The notes below the pieces were generated by a model. That model was not told the DNA's origin, did no database searches, and saw nothing but the letters and a program-made list of their open reading frames with translations. From Auanema rhodensis (Eukaryota > Animalia > Nematoda), in contig OZ059897.1 in the NCBI GenBank assembly GCA_964057225.1, forward strand, positions 11,222,001 to 11,286,000: a DNA stretch of 64,000 nucleotides. The letters are read 5' to 3'. A program made the translations under genes and the position numbers. Shown in pieces: positions 32,315 through 45,816 of the stretch (the stretch's first letter is position 1; each line of letters starts with the position of its first letter).

Positions 32315-32484
32315 ACTTTTTTTTTTAATTTTGTAGTTTAATGCAAAGGTTCAAAAACATCGATTACTTTTTCCGGTACATAATATTTCATTCTTTTGAA
32401 CAGCATTTATCTTATAATATTTACATTTCATCTCACTATACAAAATTAGTTGAAAGAAAGATATATATATATATATTATATATA

Positions 32485-33159
32485 CAGTCATGTGCGATGA
32501 AAGTCGGACACCCACTAGAAACCCTTATATCTGAGAAGACAAACTACAAAAATTCAGAAAAAAGATATTTTGAGTGTTAAAAAACGATAATGAATTCAGA
32601 AAAAATCATGTTTAAAAGTAATTTCTGAAGTCTCCGAAATTTTCATAAACTGCTTGAAGTCTTCTCTATTGAATTTCAGAAGTTTCATCAAGATTTCAGA
32701 AATAATTTTTTGATAGAATGTTAGAAGTACGCTAAACGTCTATTTTTCTTTTGAACGGGAGACTTTTGTTATACGTTCACAAAGTTCTCTTCATAGATAT
32801 TCAGTAAGATTCAGATGCTGAAGCTTACTTGTCTATGCCATAGAAAAAACTTAGTTATTGATCGAGCTCTGTGCTCAGAATCATTTAAAAATATTTCTAA
32901 TGAATTAACTTCTTCCTAATCTCAAATTTTGTTATATTAAGATGAATTATTCAAAATAGTCAAAAAACACTATTTTTCCTTAATAATTTAGAAAATAATA
33001 TTAAAATCAGTTTTAGTTATATTAACATATATTTTGACTGAATATAAACTATATGAACTCACAAAATTTTTGAAATTAAAAAAATTTTTTTTTTGTAGTT
33101 TGAAGGGGTTTTCTGAGGCCTCTAACATAGGGGTGTCCGACTTTCATCGCACATGACTG
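32485..33159. mobile_element. Non-autonomous Tc1-family MITE
   Basis: TIRs CAGTCATGTGCGATGAAAGTCGGACACCC with TA flanks; same TIR family as the element at 1-969. Confidence 0.88.
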
Positions 33160-33272
33160 TATATACAGGGTGGCCTTTAAGTATTGAGACACTTTCAAAA
33201 TGTTATAATTAATACAAAAAACAACCAAATCCAAAATAATTTACTAGTTCTATATATTTTTCATTTATCTAA

Positions 33273-34313
33273 CTATTTGTGAAGAAATTGTTCGATATGA
33301 TCTCCTCTTGCTTTCCTACAGGCTTCAAGTCTTGTGCGTACTGATAGTACCGTGGCACGCAGATATTCCTCGTCCAAAGAGTCCCATGCTTTTTTTAAAT
33401 CACGTTTTAGTGTCGTCAAATTTTGAGAAGACTTAGCCGAGAGTTTCTGTTCTAAAACACTCCATACAGAAAAGTCCATTGGTTTGAGATCTGGTGAGTT
33501 GCTGGGCCAGATATCCTTTCCCCAGAATCCTGGTAAAATCCTTGAGCACAGCTCAATTGTGCTTTTTGCACCATGAGCTGGAGCCCAATCCTGTTGGAGT
33601 GTTATACTGCCGTTAGTATGTTGTCGTTGGGTCCACGGTAACACTACTTCTTTCAGAATTTTTTCCTGATAATATTTTGCATTAATTTTACAACCTTTTT
33701 CAACAAAAACAAGTGGAGTTTTCCCTGTCGCTGTTATTCCTCCCCACACCATTATGCTTTGTGGGAAGTGGCTTCTTTCTGCTATCCTTCTCTTGACAGA
33801 GTACTGTTCTCCAGTGTGGAGCAGTTGACGGCTATTTTGTTGATTGAGTTTGGGTTCCACAGTAAAAATTTTTTCATCAGTCCACAAAACGTTGTTGATG
33901 CGAGCCCCTTCGAGATTCTGAAGTAAAATTTCGGCTTTTTCATACCGATTTTTTTTCATCTGTTCCGTGAGCCTGTGTCCTTTCAGTATAAGGTAAGAAT
34001 GAAAGCCTAGTTCTTTTTTTACAATCTTCTGAACTGTTGAACGGGATATTTTCATCTGAAAAGCAACTTTGTTTAAGCTTACACCATCATTTCGAGCTAT
34101 TCTGCTTCGGATGGCATTCCGGGTTCGTGCTGTGTTCACACTTCTGGGTCTTCCGGGTATTTTTCTTGGTTCGACGTTTCCTTGATCTTTGTATACCTTG
34201 ATAACTCTATAAACAAAGCTTCGTGGTATACAAAGAGTTCTGACAATCTCCATAGGTTTGAGCCCTTGTTCAAAAAGATGGACGATACTGGCACGGTGCA
34301 TTGAAGGCTTCAT
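33273..34313 (-). CDS. maT (DD37D) transposase; TIR CAGGGTG at 33166
   Basis: WTDEKIF, QQDWAPAH then 37 residues to PMD(F); the listed ORF extends 5' into the mariner TIR. Confidence 0.88.
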   Translation of the reverse strand: MKPSMHRASIVHLFEQGLKPMEIVRTLCIPRSFVYRVIKVYKDQGNVEPRKIPGRPRSVNTARTRNAIRSRIARNDGVSLNKVAFQMKISRSTVQKIVKKELGFHSYLILKGHRLTEQMKKNRYEKAEILLQNLEGARINNVLWTDEKIFTVEPKLNQQNSRQLLHTGEQYSVKRRIAERSHFPQSIMVWGGITATGKTPLVFVEKGCKINAKYYQEKILKEVVLPWTQRQHTNGSITLQQDWAPAHGAKSTIELCSRILPGFWGKDIWPSNSPDLKPMDFSVWSVLEQKLSAKSSQNLTTLKRDLKKAWDSLDEEYLRATVLSVRTRLEACRKARGDHIEQFLHK

Positions 34314-34341
34314 AACTTCTTTTTTTTCAATCAAAAGATCT

Positions 34342-35500
34342 GTAGTTGTGGAAAGAATGTTCTTGCGCATATAACAAAAAAAATTCAAATTTATTTTTTT
34401 TCAAATTACAATTACAAATTAGTTAAAAGTATTCACCGTTAGCTTCAATACATTGTTCCCAACGATTGAGCAAAGAATAAATACCTTTTTTATAAAAGTC
34501 AGGTTTTTTAGTGTTTATGAAGTCACAAAACATTTTTTTGACCTCATCAACATTTTTAAATACCATACCTTCAATATAACTTGATAAATGTTTAAATAAA
34601 TGGACATCGGTAGGGGACAAATCGGGTGAATAAGGAGGGTGGGGTGAACATTCATAACCTAAATCAAAAAATTTTTTCATCGTCGGTCTTGAGACATGGG
34701 GTCTTGCATTATCCTGTAGTATGATGGCCCGTCTCCTATTGATCAGTCCTGGCTTCAAACTCAATAATTTTTAGTGCATTTCATCAATTTCTTGGCAGTA
34801 CGATTCCGTATTGATTGTATCATTAGGCTGTAGAAACTTATAATGAATGATTTCTGTTGAACACCACCAAACAGTTAACATAACTTTCGAATATGTCAAA
34901 GCTAGTTTGGGAAAGTGTTTAGGAGTTTCATTTTTGTCCATCCAGTGAGCTGATCTTTTCTTATTGTTGTAAAGGACCCATTTCTCGTCACAAGTAATGA
35001 TATTGTCGAGAAATGGATCATTCATGTTTCTCAGCCTGAATCCTAAGCATGCCATGTATCGAACATTCTTCTGCGCTTCCGAAAGTTCATGGGGCACCCA
35101 TTTATCCAATTTTTTCACTTTTCCGAGTTTTTTCAAATGAGTTAATACAGTTGTATGATAAGGTTTCTTGAGCTGATACTCGTATCCTTTTCCAAAAATT
35201 CATCTTATGCTGAATCATCCAACGTCGTAGTTCTTCCTTTTTTGGCTTGATCTTCTATGTTCTCGTCACCGTTACGGAATTTCTTGAACTAAAATTGAAC
35301 AGTCCTTAAGTTGGTTGTTCCGATTCCAAAAGCACTGTTGATGTTGTTGGTTGCTTCAGAAGTTGTGTGCCCTAACTTAACTTCGTACAAAAAAAAAGGG
35401 TTCTCAATTGGGATTTTTGCATCATTGATCTATAATTTTTAAATTAGTAATTATATTGTCATTTCATGAAAATAAGTGAAAAACTATCTGCTTTATCATA
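34342..35500 (-). mobile_element. Mariner (DD34D) element, degenerate
   Basis: WVPHEL, TCDEKW, QDNARPH, YSPDLSPTD; inverted copy of 37598-38759. Confidence 0.9.
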
Positions 35501-35788
35501 TAAATTTTTTTTTCTTTTTTTTTTTTTTTTTTTTTTTTTTGGAAATACCCGGTCCTAATGGACCTTTATTTTTCTTGTGCTCAAGTAAGTTTATACAATC
35601 CGACAAAGTATGGAGCGAGACCAAAAGATTGAGGAACAGTTAAGTTATGAGTAGATATTAAATAGTTAGCAACAAGTTTACATAGATTAGAAGTAAAGCA
35701 GATGTCTACAAGTAATGAAAGAGCACGAGTGAGGGCAAACTCAGGTGTGTCGACTTCGCGTTCGGTGTGAAGCAGAAGAGCGGCGACC

Positions 35789-35998
35789 ATGAATTCGTCA
35801 CGTGAAAGGCGAGATCCTCGAAAGTTGTGTCCTAAGAAGTACACTTCAAGAAACGGCATTGAATACAGAGCTATAAAGGCATGGAATTCCTTACCTGAGA
35901 ACCTAATTGAGCAAACAAAAATCGGAAGCTTCAAAAAACACCTCTACAATGCCGTACGAGGCTCACAACATGATCCTTCCACATTTTTATGTAGTTAA
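35789..35998 (+). pseudogene. LINE (CR1/L2-like) ORF2 C-terminal remnant
   Basis: R.IKAWNSLP......SFKKHL tail motif. Confidence 0.55.
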
Positions 35999-36707
35999 GT
36001 TCATTCTTGGTTATAACCTCTTTGTTTTTTTTTTTCATATTACTCTTCGCGTTTTTGTTTTTTCTCTTTCAATGTTTTTCTGATTATGACTCAGTGTGAC
36101 AGTTTCATTTCTTTTTTTCCAACCCTTCTACACTTCTTGTTACTTCGCTTCAAATTTTATAGACATGAGTCATACGGATTGAATGCAAGTTACCTCATAT
36201 TGTTAGAACGGGCTCGGCTCAAATCATGAGTACCTCCGTACCTAACAACTACCAACCGGAGGTCAGCAATTCGCTGAACAAAACCCCCTGTTCTCACTGG
36301 AAAAATTTGAAAGAAACTGCTCACTGCAACTCATTCTCAGATCATTCTCTCCTTAACTATGTTTTATAATGTTTCCTATTTTTCCTGTTCTTATTGTAAG
36401 GTTCTTATACATCCTACTACACAACTATTTACTCATTTCGTTAAACCTGTAATATTGAACATTAAACCAATAAAATACAACTGCGCAGAAACAAAAAAAA
36501 TCGAAAAGTTGGCCAATTCAGTATCTCACCCTTGCGCAAAATATACCCTGTTTTTTTAAAAAATATGTGAGACACTTTGTACTGAATTGGAAAAAGAGGT
36601 GGTAGCCCAGGGATATAGCTCAAAAAAAAAATTCTTTTTAACTGAATGATAATTTATAATTCATTCGAGTTCGAAAATCGTAAAAAGATTCTAAGGTGGA
36701 ACCTCCA

Positions 36708-37101
36708 TGTAATATCCTTGGTTTGAATATTAATGTTCCGTGTTATTAACCCTTAGATTAATTTGTTGTAAAGAAAACATTAAGATTTGATGAAGAGAGA
36801 AAGATTTATTATAAATAAAAAACATTTAAACAATAAACAAATAAAGATAAAGATAAGTCCGCCAACTGAAGATTCAGTTGAATGGCAAGCTTATATAGCG
36901 AATGTTATCAGCATTTTCCACGAAAGGTTATAAGTTTTCAATGACAATTGTAACTATCTCGAAAAATGCTAAGGTTGCAAAATATAACTGATAACATAAT
37001 ACACTAAGACAAGAAACTAAAACTATAAAATATAAAATACAGAATGAAGAAATACATAAAAATTATAGAAAGAATAAAGTACAGAATTATAAAGTATTAC
37101 A
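36708..37101 (-). repeat. Canonical 394-bp LTR (TGTAATA...TATTACA) followed by a tRNA-Gln PBS (36695-36707)
   Basis: Inverted termini; PBS directly adjacent. Confidence 0.78.
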
Positions 37102-37492
37102 GAAGTATCCCACAGCATCGAATCGATGCTTTGCTGGAGGCAATGCCTCAACGCTGTCGGGCTGTGATCAAAGCAAACGGGTATGCTACAAAGTATTAGG
37201 AGTATATTATTGTTTTATGAAGTATAATTATGTAATTTAGTTTTGGAAATTTTTTTTTAATAATTCTTGTTAGTGTTGATATGGATGTTACATTGAGTTA
37301 AAGGTCTTATGGTGAATAGAAGATTAAAAAACAAAAAAAAAAGGTTTTCGAAATTCTGAAAGTGATAATAACTTTTATAAATTCATTTCTCATGAAAAAA
37401 ATACATTATCTAGTTTTTTCAAGTTAGTTATAAAAAAATAGAATAGAAAAAACACAAATTTCAAAAAGGCTATATCTTTTTGTTCGCTACTG
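37102..37492 (+). mobile_element. Tc1 3' remnant
   Basis: LLEAMPQRCRAVIKANGYATKY* followed by ...GCTACTG|TA. Confidence 0.75.
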
Positions 37493-37502
37493 TATATATA
37501 TA

Positions 37503-38759
37503 TTAGGTTGGAAAGAATGTTCTTGCGCATTTTTCAAACTCATCTGAACAATTTGAATTATCTGGGCGCTAAATACAAAAATAATAAATATATAAGTTTT
37601 ATATGATAAAGCAGATAGTTTTTCACTTATTTTCATGAAATGACAATATAATTACTAATTTAAAGATTATAGATCAATGATGCAAAAATCCCAATTGAGA
37701 ACCCTTTTTTTTTGTACGAAGTTAAGTTAGGGCACACAACTTCTGAAGCAACCAACAACATCAACAGTGCTTTTGGAATCGGAACAACCAACTTAAGGAC
37801 TGTTCAATTTTAGTTCAAGAAATTCCGTAACGGTGACGAGAACATAGAAGATCAAGCCAAAAAAGGAAGAACTACGACGTTGGATGATTCAGCATAAGAT
37901 GAATTTTTGGAAAAGGATACGAGTATCAGCTCAAGAAACCTTATCATACAACTGTATTAACTCATTTGAAAAAACTCGGAAAAGTGAAAAAATTGGATAA
38001 ATGGGTGCCCCATGAACTTTCGGAAGCGCAGAAGAATGTTCGATACATGGCATGCTTAGGATTCAGGCTGAGAAACATGAATGATCCATTTCTCGACAAT
38101 ATCATTACTTGTGACGAGAAATGGGTCCTTTACAACAATAAGAAAAGATCAGCTCACTGGATGGACAAAAATGAAACTCCTAAACACTTTCCCAAACTAG
38201 CTTTGACATATTCGAAAGTTATGTTAACTGTTTGGTGGTGTTCAACAGAAATCATTCATTATAAGTTTCTACAGCCTAATGATACAATCAATACGGAATC
38301 GTACTGCCAAGAAATTGATGAAATGCACTAAAAATTATTGAGTTTGAAGCCAGGACTGATCAATAGGAGACGGGCCATCATACTACAGGATAATGCAAGA
38401 CCCCATGTCTCAAGACCGACGATGAAAAAATTTTTTGATTTAGGTTATGAATGTTCACCCCACCCTCCTTATTCACCCGATTTGTCCCCTACCGATGTCC
38501 ATTTATTTAAACATTTATCAAGTTATATTGAAGGTATGGTATTTAAAAATGTTGATGAGGTCAAAAAAATGTTTTGTGACTTCATAAACACTAAAAAATC
38601 TGACTTTTATAAAAAAGGTATTTATTCTTTGCTCAATCGTTGGGAACAATGTATTGAAGCTAACGGTGAATACTTTTAACTAATTTGTAATTGTAATTTG
38701 AAAAAAAATAAATTTGAATTTTTTTTGTTATATGCGCAAGAACATTCTTTCCACAACTA
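37503..38759 (+). mobile_element. Full-length but pseudogenised mariner
   Basis: TIR GGAAAGAATGTTCTTGCGCAT at both ends; transposase with stops. Confidence 0.9.
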
Positions 38760-38788
38760 CAGATCTTTTGATTGAAAAAAAAAGAAGT

Positions 38789-39412
38789 TATGAAGCCTTC
38801 AATGCACCGTGCCAGTATCGTCCATCTTTTTGAACAAGGGCTCAAACCTATGGAGATTGTCAGAACTCTTTGTATACCACAAGCTTTGTTTATAGAGTTA
38901 TCAAGGTATACAAAGATCAAGGAAACGTCGAACCAAGAAAAATACCCGGAAGACCCAGAAGTGTGAACACAGCACGAACCCGGAATGCCATCCGAAGCAG
39001 AATAGCTCGAAATGATGGTGTAAGCTTAAACAAAGTTGCTTTTCAGATGAAAATATCCCGTTCAACAGTTCAGAAGATTGTAAAAAAAGAACTAGGCTTT
39101 CATTCTTACCTTATACTGAAAGGACACAGGCTCACGGAACAGATGAAAAAAAATCGGTATGAAAAAGCCGAAATTTTACTTCAGAATCTCGAAGGGGCTC
39201 GCATCAACAACGTTTTGTGGACTGATGAAAAAATTTTTACTGTTTTTTTTTTTACTTTTACTGAACCCAAACTCAATCAACAAAATAGCCGTCAACTGCT
39301 CCACACTGGAGAACAGTACTCTGTCAAGAGAAAGATAGCAGAAAGAAGCCACTTCCCACAAAGCAATGGTGTGGGGAGGAATAACAGCGACAGGGAAAAC
39401 TCCACTTGTTTT
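38789..39412 (+). pseudogene. maT transposase, truncated inverted copy
   Basis: Reverse complement of 33703-34313 with indels. Confidence 0.88.
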
Positions 39413-39488
39413 TGTTTTCTGAATTTTTGTAGTTTGTCTTCTCAGATATAAGGGTTTCTAGTGGGTGCCCGACTTTCATCGCACATGA

Positions 39489-39522
<34 letters not shown>

Positions 39523-39653
39523 TTCTTTCAACTAATTTTGTATAGTGAGATGAAATGTAAATATTATAAGATAAATGCAGATCAAAAGAATGAAATATTA
39601 TGTACCGGAAAAAGTAATCGACGTTTTTGAACCTTTGCATTAAACTGCATTAA

Positions 39654-39819
39654 ACGTCATCTTCTGGAGAATTTAGAATAGGTTGTCCTGGTAGTTGGCG
39701 ATCCATAGGTAGCCGTGCGTCTCTTCCAAATAGAGCAATGTATGGGCTGATTCCGGTAGTTGTACTTGGAATTGTATTTAATGCGAATGAGATTTTAGAT
39801 AATTGTGAGGCCCATTGGG
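39654..39819 (-). pseudogene. Gypsy integrase fragment
   Basis: FALNT...TTGISPY.ALFGR. Confidence 0.8.
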
Positions 39820-42800
39820 AGTAGAGAGCCGTGCAAAATTTACTAACCACGCCCCAAACAGCTGTCAAAAACATACTTTTGGGGGCGTCAGCTGCTAAAA
39901 ACATACTTTTGGGGCGCGTCAGCTGTCAAAAACATATTTTTTAGCGTCAGCTGTTAAAATCATATTTTGGGATCATGGTTCATGGATTTTCCTTTTTTAA
40001 ATTTAAAAATCATGATTTAAAGCATGATTTTTTTTTAAAATCAAATTTTAAATTTGTTTTTTCAAATGTACTTTAAAAAAATATGATTTTTAGCATGATT
40101 TTTTTTTCAAATGTATGTATATGTTTTTAATTATTTTTAAATATATTAAGTGAAAATAAAAATTATAAATTTTAAATATATAAATTTGTTTTTAAATTTT
40201 ATTTATTATATTTATTAATAATTTTTGTTTACTTATTTTGTTTATTTTTTATTGTGTTGTGTTTGTATTGTTTTTATTTTAAAGAACAATAAAATTTTTG
40301 CATGTAGATAATTTTGTTCACCGTACTTGTTATGGGTAATTCAATGGAACACATATCGAAGGTTAATTCGATAAGAACGATATGAAATACCAAAATTTAA
40401 TGGAACACATATCGAAGGTTAATTCGATAAGAACGATATGAAATACCGAAATTTAATGGAACACATATCGAAGGTTAATTCGATAAGAACGACATTAAAT
40501 TATTAATTTTTGAAATTGCGAATTGTTATTAATTATATTTATTCTAACAAGTAAAAGTTTCAAATTATAATAAAGGATTAGTTTTAAACTTTATTTTACT
40601 AATATAACAATACAATAACTAAATAGAGCACACATTGAAGGTAAATACAATAAGATTAACAAACAGTTGCGGTGACCTCAACGCCACGCATATCGATGGT
40701 TAATAAACACTAATAACTGCACTGTGGGGGTTTAAATATAGTATAATCATTTTAATATATCAAAAGTTTTAGTTTCGTAATATAATCATTAGTAAATATT
40801 CGAGAATGAATTATTTTTCACATATAAAACGTTGGCAGTCATATGTTTTGTGCTACAATATGGGTGTAAAAGTATACTATGATTAATATATCAGCTATTA
40901 AACAAAGTTTAAAAAGCGTAAATGTTTTACAGAGATGGCTGTTGTTTATGGCACAAACGGTAAACAATAATGTTTAAAGAGATGTAAAAACTAATTAATA
41001 TGCAGATTGTTTACAGGTTCAGAGTGCGTAATAATATCGTAATGAATGCTCGCCAAAATATCATTTCCATAATCTAATGTAGAACCTTTTACGACCTTGG
41101 CCATTCTGTGAGTCTCCTTCTCGTGGTGTGTAATATGATTCGGCGGCAGTATCAAAAGTTTTTGACCTTTTACTTTTGAGTGTACGAACCGGTGATGGTG
41201 AATATCGAATAACAGCTTTACGATGACGAGGCGTTCTAGGTAATATAGTAGAGTCCAAGTCTGTAACAGCCGGTTCAGCTCTAGTTACAACGTCAACTGA
41301 ATCATTGTCAGCCGACTCTCTTCTAGTTTGTTTCTTGTTAGAACTAGATACGCCTTTACTGGCTAAAAACTTTGACAAGACTGAAAATCCATTGGGCTCC
41401 GTTTTCGTTTTATCCAATACAAAATTTAAAATTTTTGTAATATCGGTATTTGGTACAGCCTCATTATTAATCACAAGTTGATTACTCTTGTTTGTGCGCA
41501 CCTGTGGAAATTTCTCCCACAAATTGTTATACTTTCTTGGCAACTTGTATTCTGGCAATAGAGGTGGATCAGCATTTTGCACTTGTACTGATATGGGCGC
41601 ATCTATACTTTCTCTATAGTTTTTGAGACGAGCAATCAAGTCTTCGTATAGTTCAGCCTTTTTATAATCGGGTATAGCTTTATTTTCTCGTAAAAGCTTG
41701 AGCTCTGCATCAAACTTGTCTATATTAATTGTTTCCTCCTCGACAGGAATTAGTCGATATTTATGGTTGAGTTTCATGATTTAAAACCAAAATAGGCAAT
41801 ACCACATGTAACTATGGTTTTCAATTGTTTAGTGTGAAAGCGTTGCCAATAATGATTTAGCCTTTTCCGGTGTGCGTATCAAAGCTATTTGACGTAATAA
41901 TGAAGATATGGGCAACAGGGTTTTATATTCCTTGTTAGTTAAAAGAAAATTATTATTTTTCACAATATTAAATACAATTTCAACAATAATTTCAATTTGT
42001 GCAAAAGAAAATGAGGAAACAGAACAAGGAGTTTCGGCGCAAGAAGACAAAAAGTTGAAATTTGACAAAATACGACCACTCATTGAACAAGCACTTTAAG
42101 CACTAAACACATTTCTGGCAACATAAACAATAGGGTTCTCCGCTGTTATATCAGATAGTATACGCTGCTTCTCACTTGTTAAAGGATGATTGTCAATCAG
42201 TAAATGACTATAGGGAGTAGACATTGCATCATCATACGCCTCTACAGCATTTTTGAAACGTGGCCCAAATAATTGCTGCAGACAATTACGTATTTCTAAA
42301 ATATCTGAATGACTTTTCATCAGTATTATATATGTACTATTGATTGGACTGGTCCTGTCCAGTTGAAATGCCGCTTGCACAAGATTAAACACTGCCAAAT
42401 TCCAGTGATGTGCCCACACTGTAAAAATGTTGTTGAGTAATTCCTTTGCTGCTTTATTCGATGAAAAAAAGTTCATCAAATCATCCAGCACTAGTATAGT
42501 ATTTACTCCCTTTTGTTCTTTTATTAAATCAGGATCAGGAGGCCCTTGAATAATTATTAAACGCTCATCATTTATTGGTACACCTGACGATGATCCACAT
42601 TGACTGAACCAGAATATTCTATCAATGGGGACGTTGAAAAACTTTTCAGTATTTTCGCATATGTGCTTTATGAGGGTTGTTTACCGTATTGGGTTGCCCC
42701 TATTACAGTTGTCTGACTGGGTAGTATGAAGCTGAAAACCATAATCAACCACTCGTAAATGTACCTAAAATGCAAATGATTTCATTTGCAATAGTGTACA

Positions 42801-43160
42801 CGTATCAAGTGGTGGTTTGTCATGGATGATTTTTACATTACTCTTCCATCATCAGTTGACTCTGAAAAAAGTAATACATCATCAGTGTTTCTTACCAGAT
42901 CACCTGAAATACTAAGGCTACGCAATAATAGGTATTGCATTGGGCTGACAGTCATGCTTTAAACCATGATTTTTAAATTTAAAAAAGGAAAATCCATGAA
43001 CCATGATTCCAAAATATGATTTTAACAGCTGACGCTCAAAAATATGTTTTTGACAGCTGACGCGCCCCAAAAGTATGTTTTTAGCAGCTGACGGCCCCAA
43101 AAGTATGTTTTTGACAGCTGTTTGGGGACGTGGTTAGTAAATTTTGCACGGCTCTCTACT
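39820..43160 (-). mobile_element. Mini-Maverick deletion derivative with both termini (ORF238, ORF102 pseudogene, ATPase pseudogene)
   Basis: AGTAGAGAGCC at 39820 and GGCTCTCTACT at 43160; internal junctions near 41028 and 42951. Confidence 0.88.
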
Positions 43161-45380
43161 ACTGTCCGCCAAGAGGTGAATTTACAACTGGACTATTGCT
43201 TACAGCACTTTATAAGGCGTTTCTTCCGGCATTGATGAGATTTTGGGCTATAGGTGATTGAATGATGCGTGGTAGAAATGATGCCAAAGTTGCCAAAATA
43301 CCACCCAAACCATGACCCCTCTGCATTCCACGTTGAAACTTCATTCCGCTAAATGGGGCGCCACCCATTTGTTGATTTAAAAGTGTTGTCCATTGAATAG
43401 AGTTGACATCCAAAAGGAGGTGTGGCATATCGAACCGCACGCGCGCAATACAAAAGTTACACTAGATCATTCTACTGAAATGTATTCGTCTGAAATAGTA
43501 TCACTATTGCAATCTGTCCCCAGCACTCGGAAACTATTCCTCGGTGTATATAGCGCTGATACTCTACCCAAAACGCGTCGTAAAAACTTTGCACTTGTCG
43601 TAAATACTGACACACTTGATAAGCCAGGCACACATTGGCAGGTCATCTTTGTCCGTAACAAGCAAACCTATTTTTCTGTAGCTTGGGATATAAAATGAAC
43701 AAGTACATTCAAAATTATCTGGCCAAATATAAAAAGGTAAAAATTAATACTTGCAAACTACAACGTATAATTGAATACACTTGTGGTGGCTATGTAGTAT
43801 TTGTAATACTAATGTTGTCGGCTGGTAATTCATTTGAAAGCATTTGTTCATTTTTTAAACTATTGAAAAATGATGATGTCTTTATTAAAGCGTTTATGCA
43901 TAAAGTATTCGACTATAAATTAGCTACTATATAAGAAATTTGTCATTAACAACCTGCTACATTACGTGGTCAGTTATGAATATTCCTTGTCACTGTGAAT
44001 TATGTGTCAAATACACGTTGGAGCAATCTAAACCAGCGCCTCTATACAGGAGAATGTTGAAATGTATTTCAGTGCCATTTATTAAAGGTATAGCATTGGG
44101 ATTGGGCTTTTGTACAACACTAGTAATTTTATTGATCATTTTATAAAAGTGGGTTGATTGCGTGTGGTCGTTTTTCATTTTCCTCTAATGGAACTTTTAT
44201 GTAAGAAATATTGTGGTACATGCAAGGAAATATTTTCTTCAACCAAGCATTTTAGTGATCACGTTTTGAAAAGGCATGCAGGGATTCAACCCGTATGTAA
44301 CAATTATATCAGGAATGCTGACTTTATTCAAAAATATGGACATTTGGATGGTGTTCGTAGACGTTTGTGTCCTTATTGTAGTGAAACTTTTGGAACAAGA
44401 TTCAATTGTGAGCGTCATATTCGGCGTATTCATAATAATAATGGAACGAATGGTGAAGATGGTGATGGGAATGATACCAGCAAACCCTTTGAAAAAGCTG
44501 AGGAGTTTGTACATTCAACCCAATCAAAAAGATGCCGCAGCAATAGTAACGGAGAACATTCACAACACGAGCCGAGCGACAAACAAAACTGCCCTAAACT
44601 ATCTTTTAAACCTTCGAAAATAAAAATGTGGTATTGTATAACTGTTGAATAAAACGTTTATTTTATATTTTTAACATGTAATGTAACAACTGTAGAACCA
44701 TAATTAAATTGCATAGGACGACCAAATTCATCTAAAATTTCAATACGTATGGTATCGAGTGTTTGTCTAGTGATTGGCACAACGAATAGGATTAAATGTT
44801 TTGGGAATCATTTTACCAAATTCAGTGGGAAGTGGTACAGGTAAACATGCAAGTAAATTAGCTTCCACATTACCAAGAATGGAATATTCTACAATATCAC
44901 AATATATATACATTGTATTAATGTTATTTGAAAAATCAATGGGACGCCTGGCTATTATTGTATCGTTGATGTTTTTATTTTCAAAACCAAGAAAATATGC
45001 AAAATCATCACCAAGCGTTGCATTCATTAATAGTCGCTTGCTTGTTACAAACTCTATGCGCTGCAATGTTTTGTTAAACTGAAATGTGGCGTCTGCGAGC
45101 ATTTCCTCCACTAGCTTAGCCTCAGCCTGGCGATTATTATACCACTTTTTTACATCTTCATCTTTATCTATTAAACTTTTTATACGTGCTTCTTCCTCAG
45201 CTCCAAGAGGCTTTGTATTGTTGGCGATAAATGATTCTCTTCCAGCATTGAATCCGCGTATTATTTCATCACCATTTGCATAGTTGCCTTTAGGCAAGTG
45301 TAGAATAAATTTTCTATTGGAAAAACGTAGTGTATAAGATAAATCTTTTTGAACATTTAATATAGAACAAGGTAAAATGA
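43161..45380 (+). mobile_element. Maverick internal fragment (core 5' part, protease, TM ORF, ZnF, mCP)
   Basis: Co-linear with 24316-26540. Confidence 0.92.
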
Positions 45381-45816
45381 GCCTAGAGAAATTATGAGAA
45401 ATTATAATAAAGGATTAGTTTTAAACTTTATTTTACTAATATAACAATACAATAACTAAATAGAGCACACATTGAAGGTAAATACGACGGGATTAACAAA
45501 CAGTTGCTTTCCTTTCTCTAAGTTCCACCGCACCTGGTAAAAGTAAAAATGAGGTCAGGTCATATTTTTTGAACTGAACAAATCCCTTGTTTATCAAGGA
45601 TGGGTTGACAACTATGACACATAGATTTACTTGTTTAGAATATATATTTTCAACTGACATAATTGATTCAATAATTATTCTTATCTCTATACAATTAATG
45701 TTTTCATGTCAATCAATTTATATAATCATGTTCATATTGTAAGGAACTTCTTTTATTCACTTTCTTCTTTCAAAACTGCTATTGTTATAACCTGTGATAA
45801 AAAACAATAAACCTTG

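Larger units (their letters stand above)
16370..32383 (+). mobile_element. Mariner element (degenerate, two transposase 5' halves) split by a Maverick
   Basis: TIRs TTAGGTACCGGAAAAAGTAATC / GATTACTTTTTCCGGTACATAA with TA flanks; transposase pieces at 16668-17090, 17148-17628 and 31809-32314. Confidence 0.85.

Noticed and set aside
39650-39904. 84-aa ORF, and similar ORFs at 31792-32199 and 48622-49131, as novel fusion genes
   Set aside because: Chance read-through across TIR insertion junctions
43161-43163. Extra ACT giving an AGTAGT terminus
   Set aside because: These bases match the target core gene (ACTGTCCGCC)
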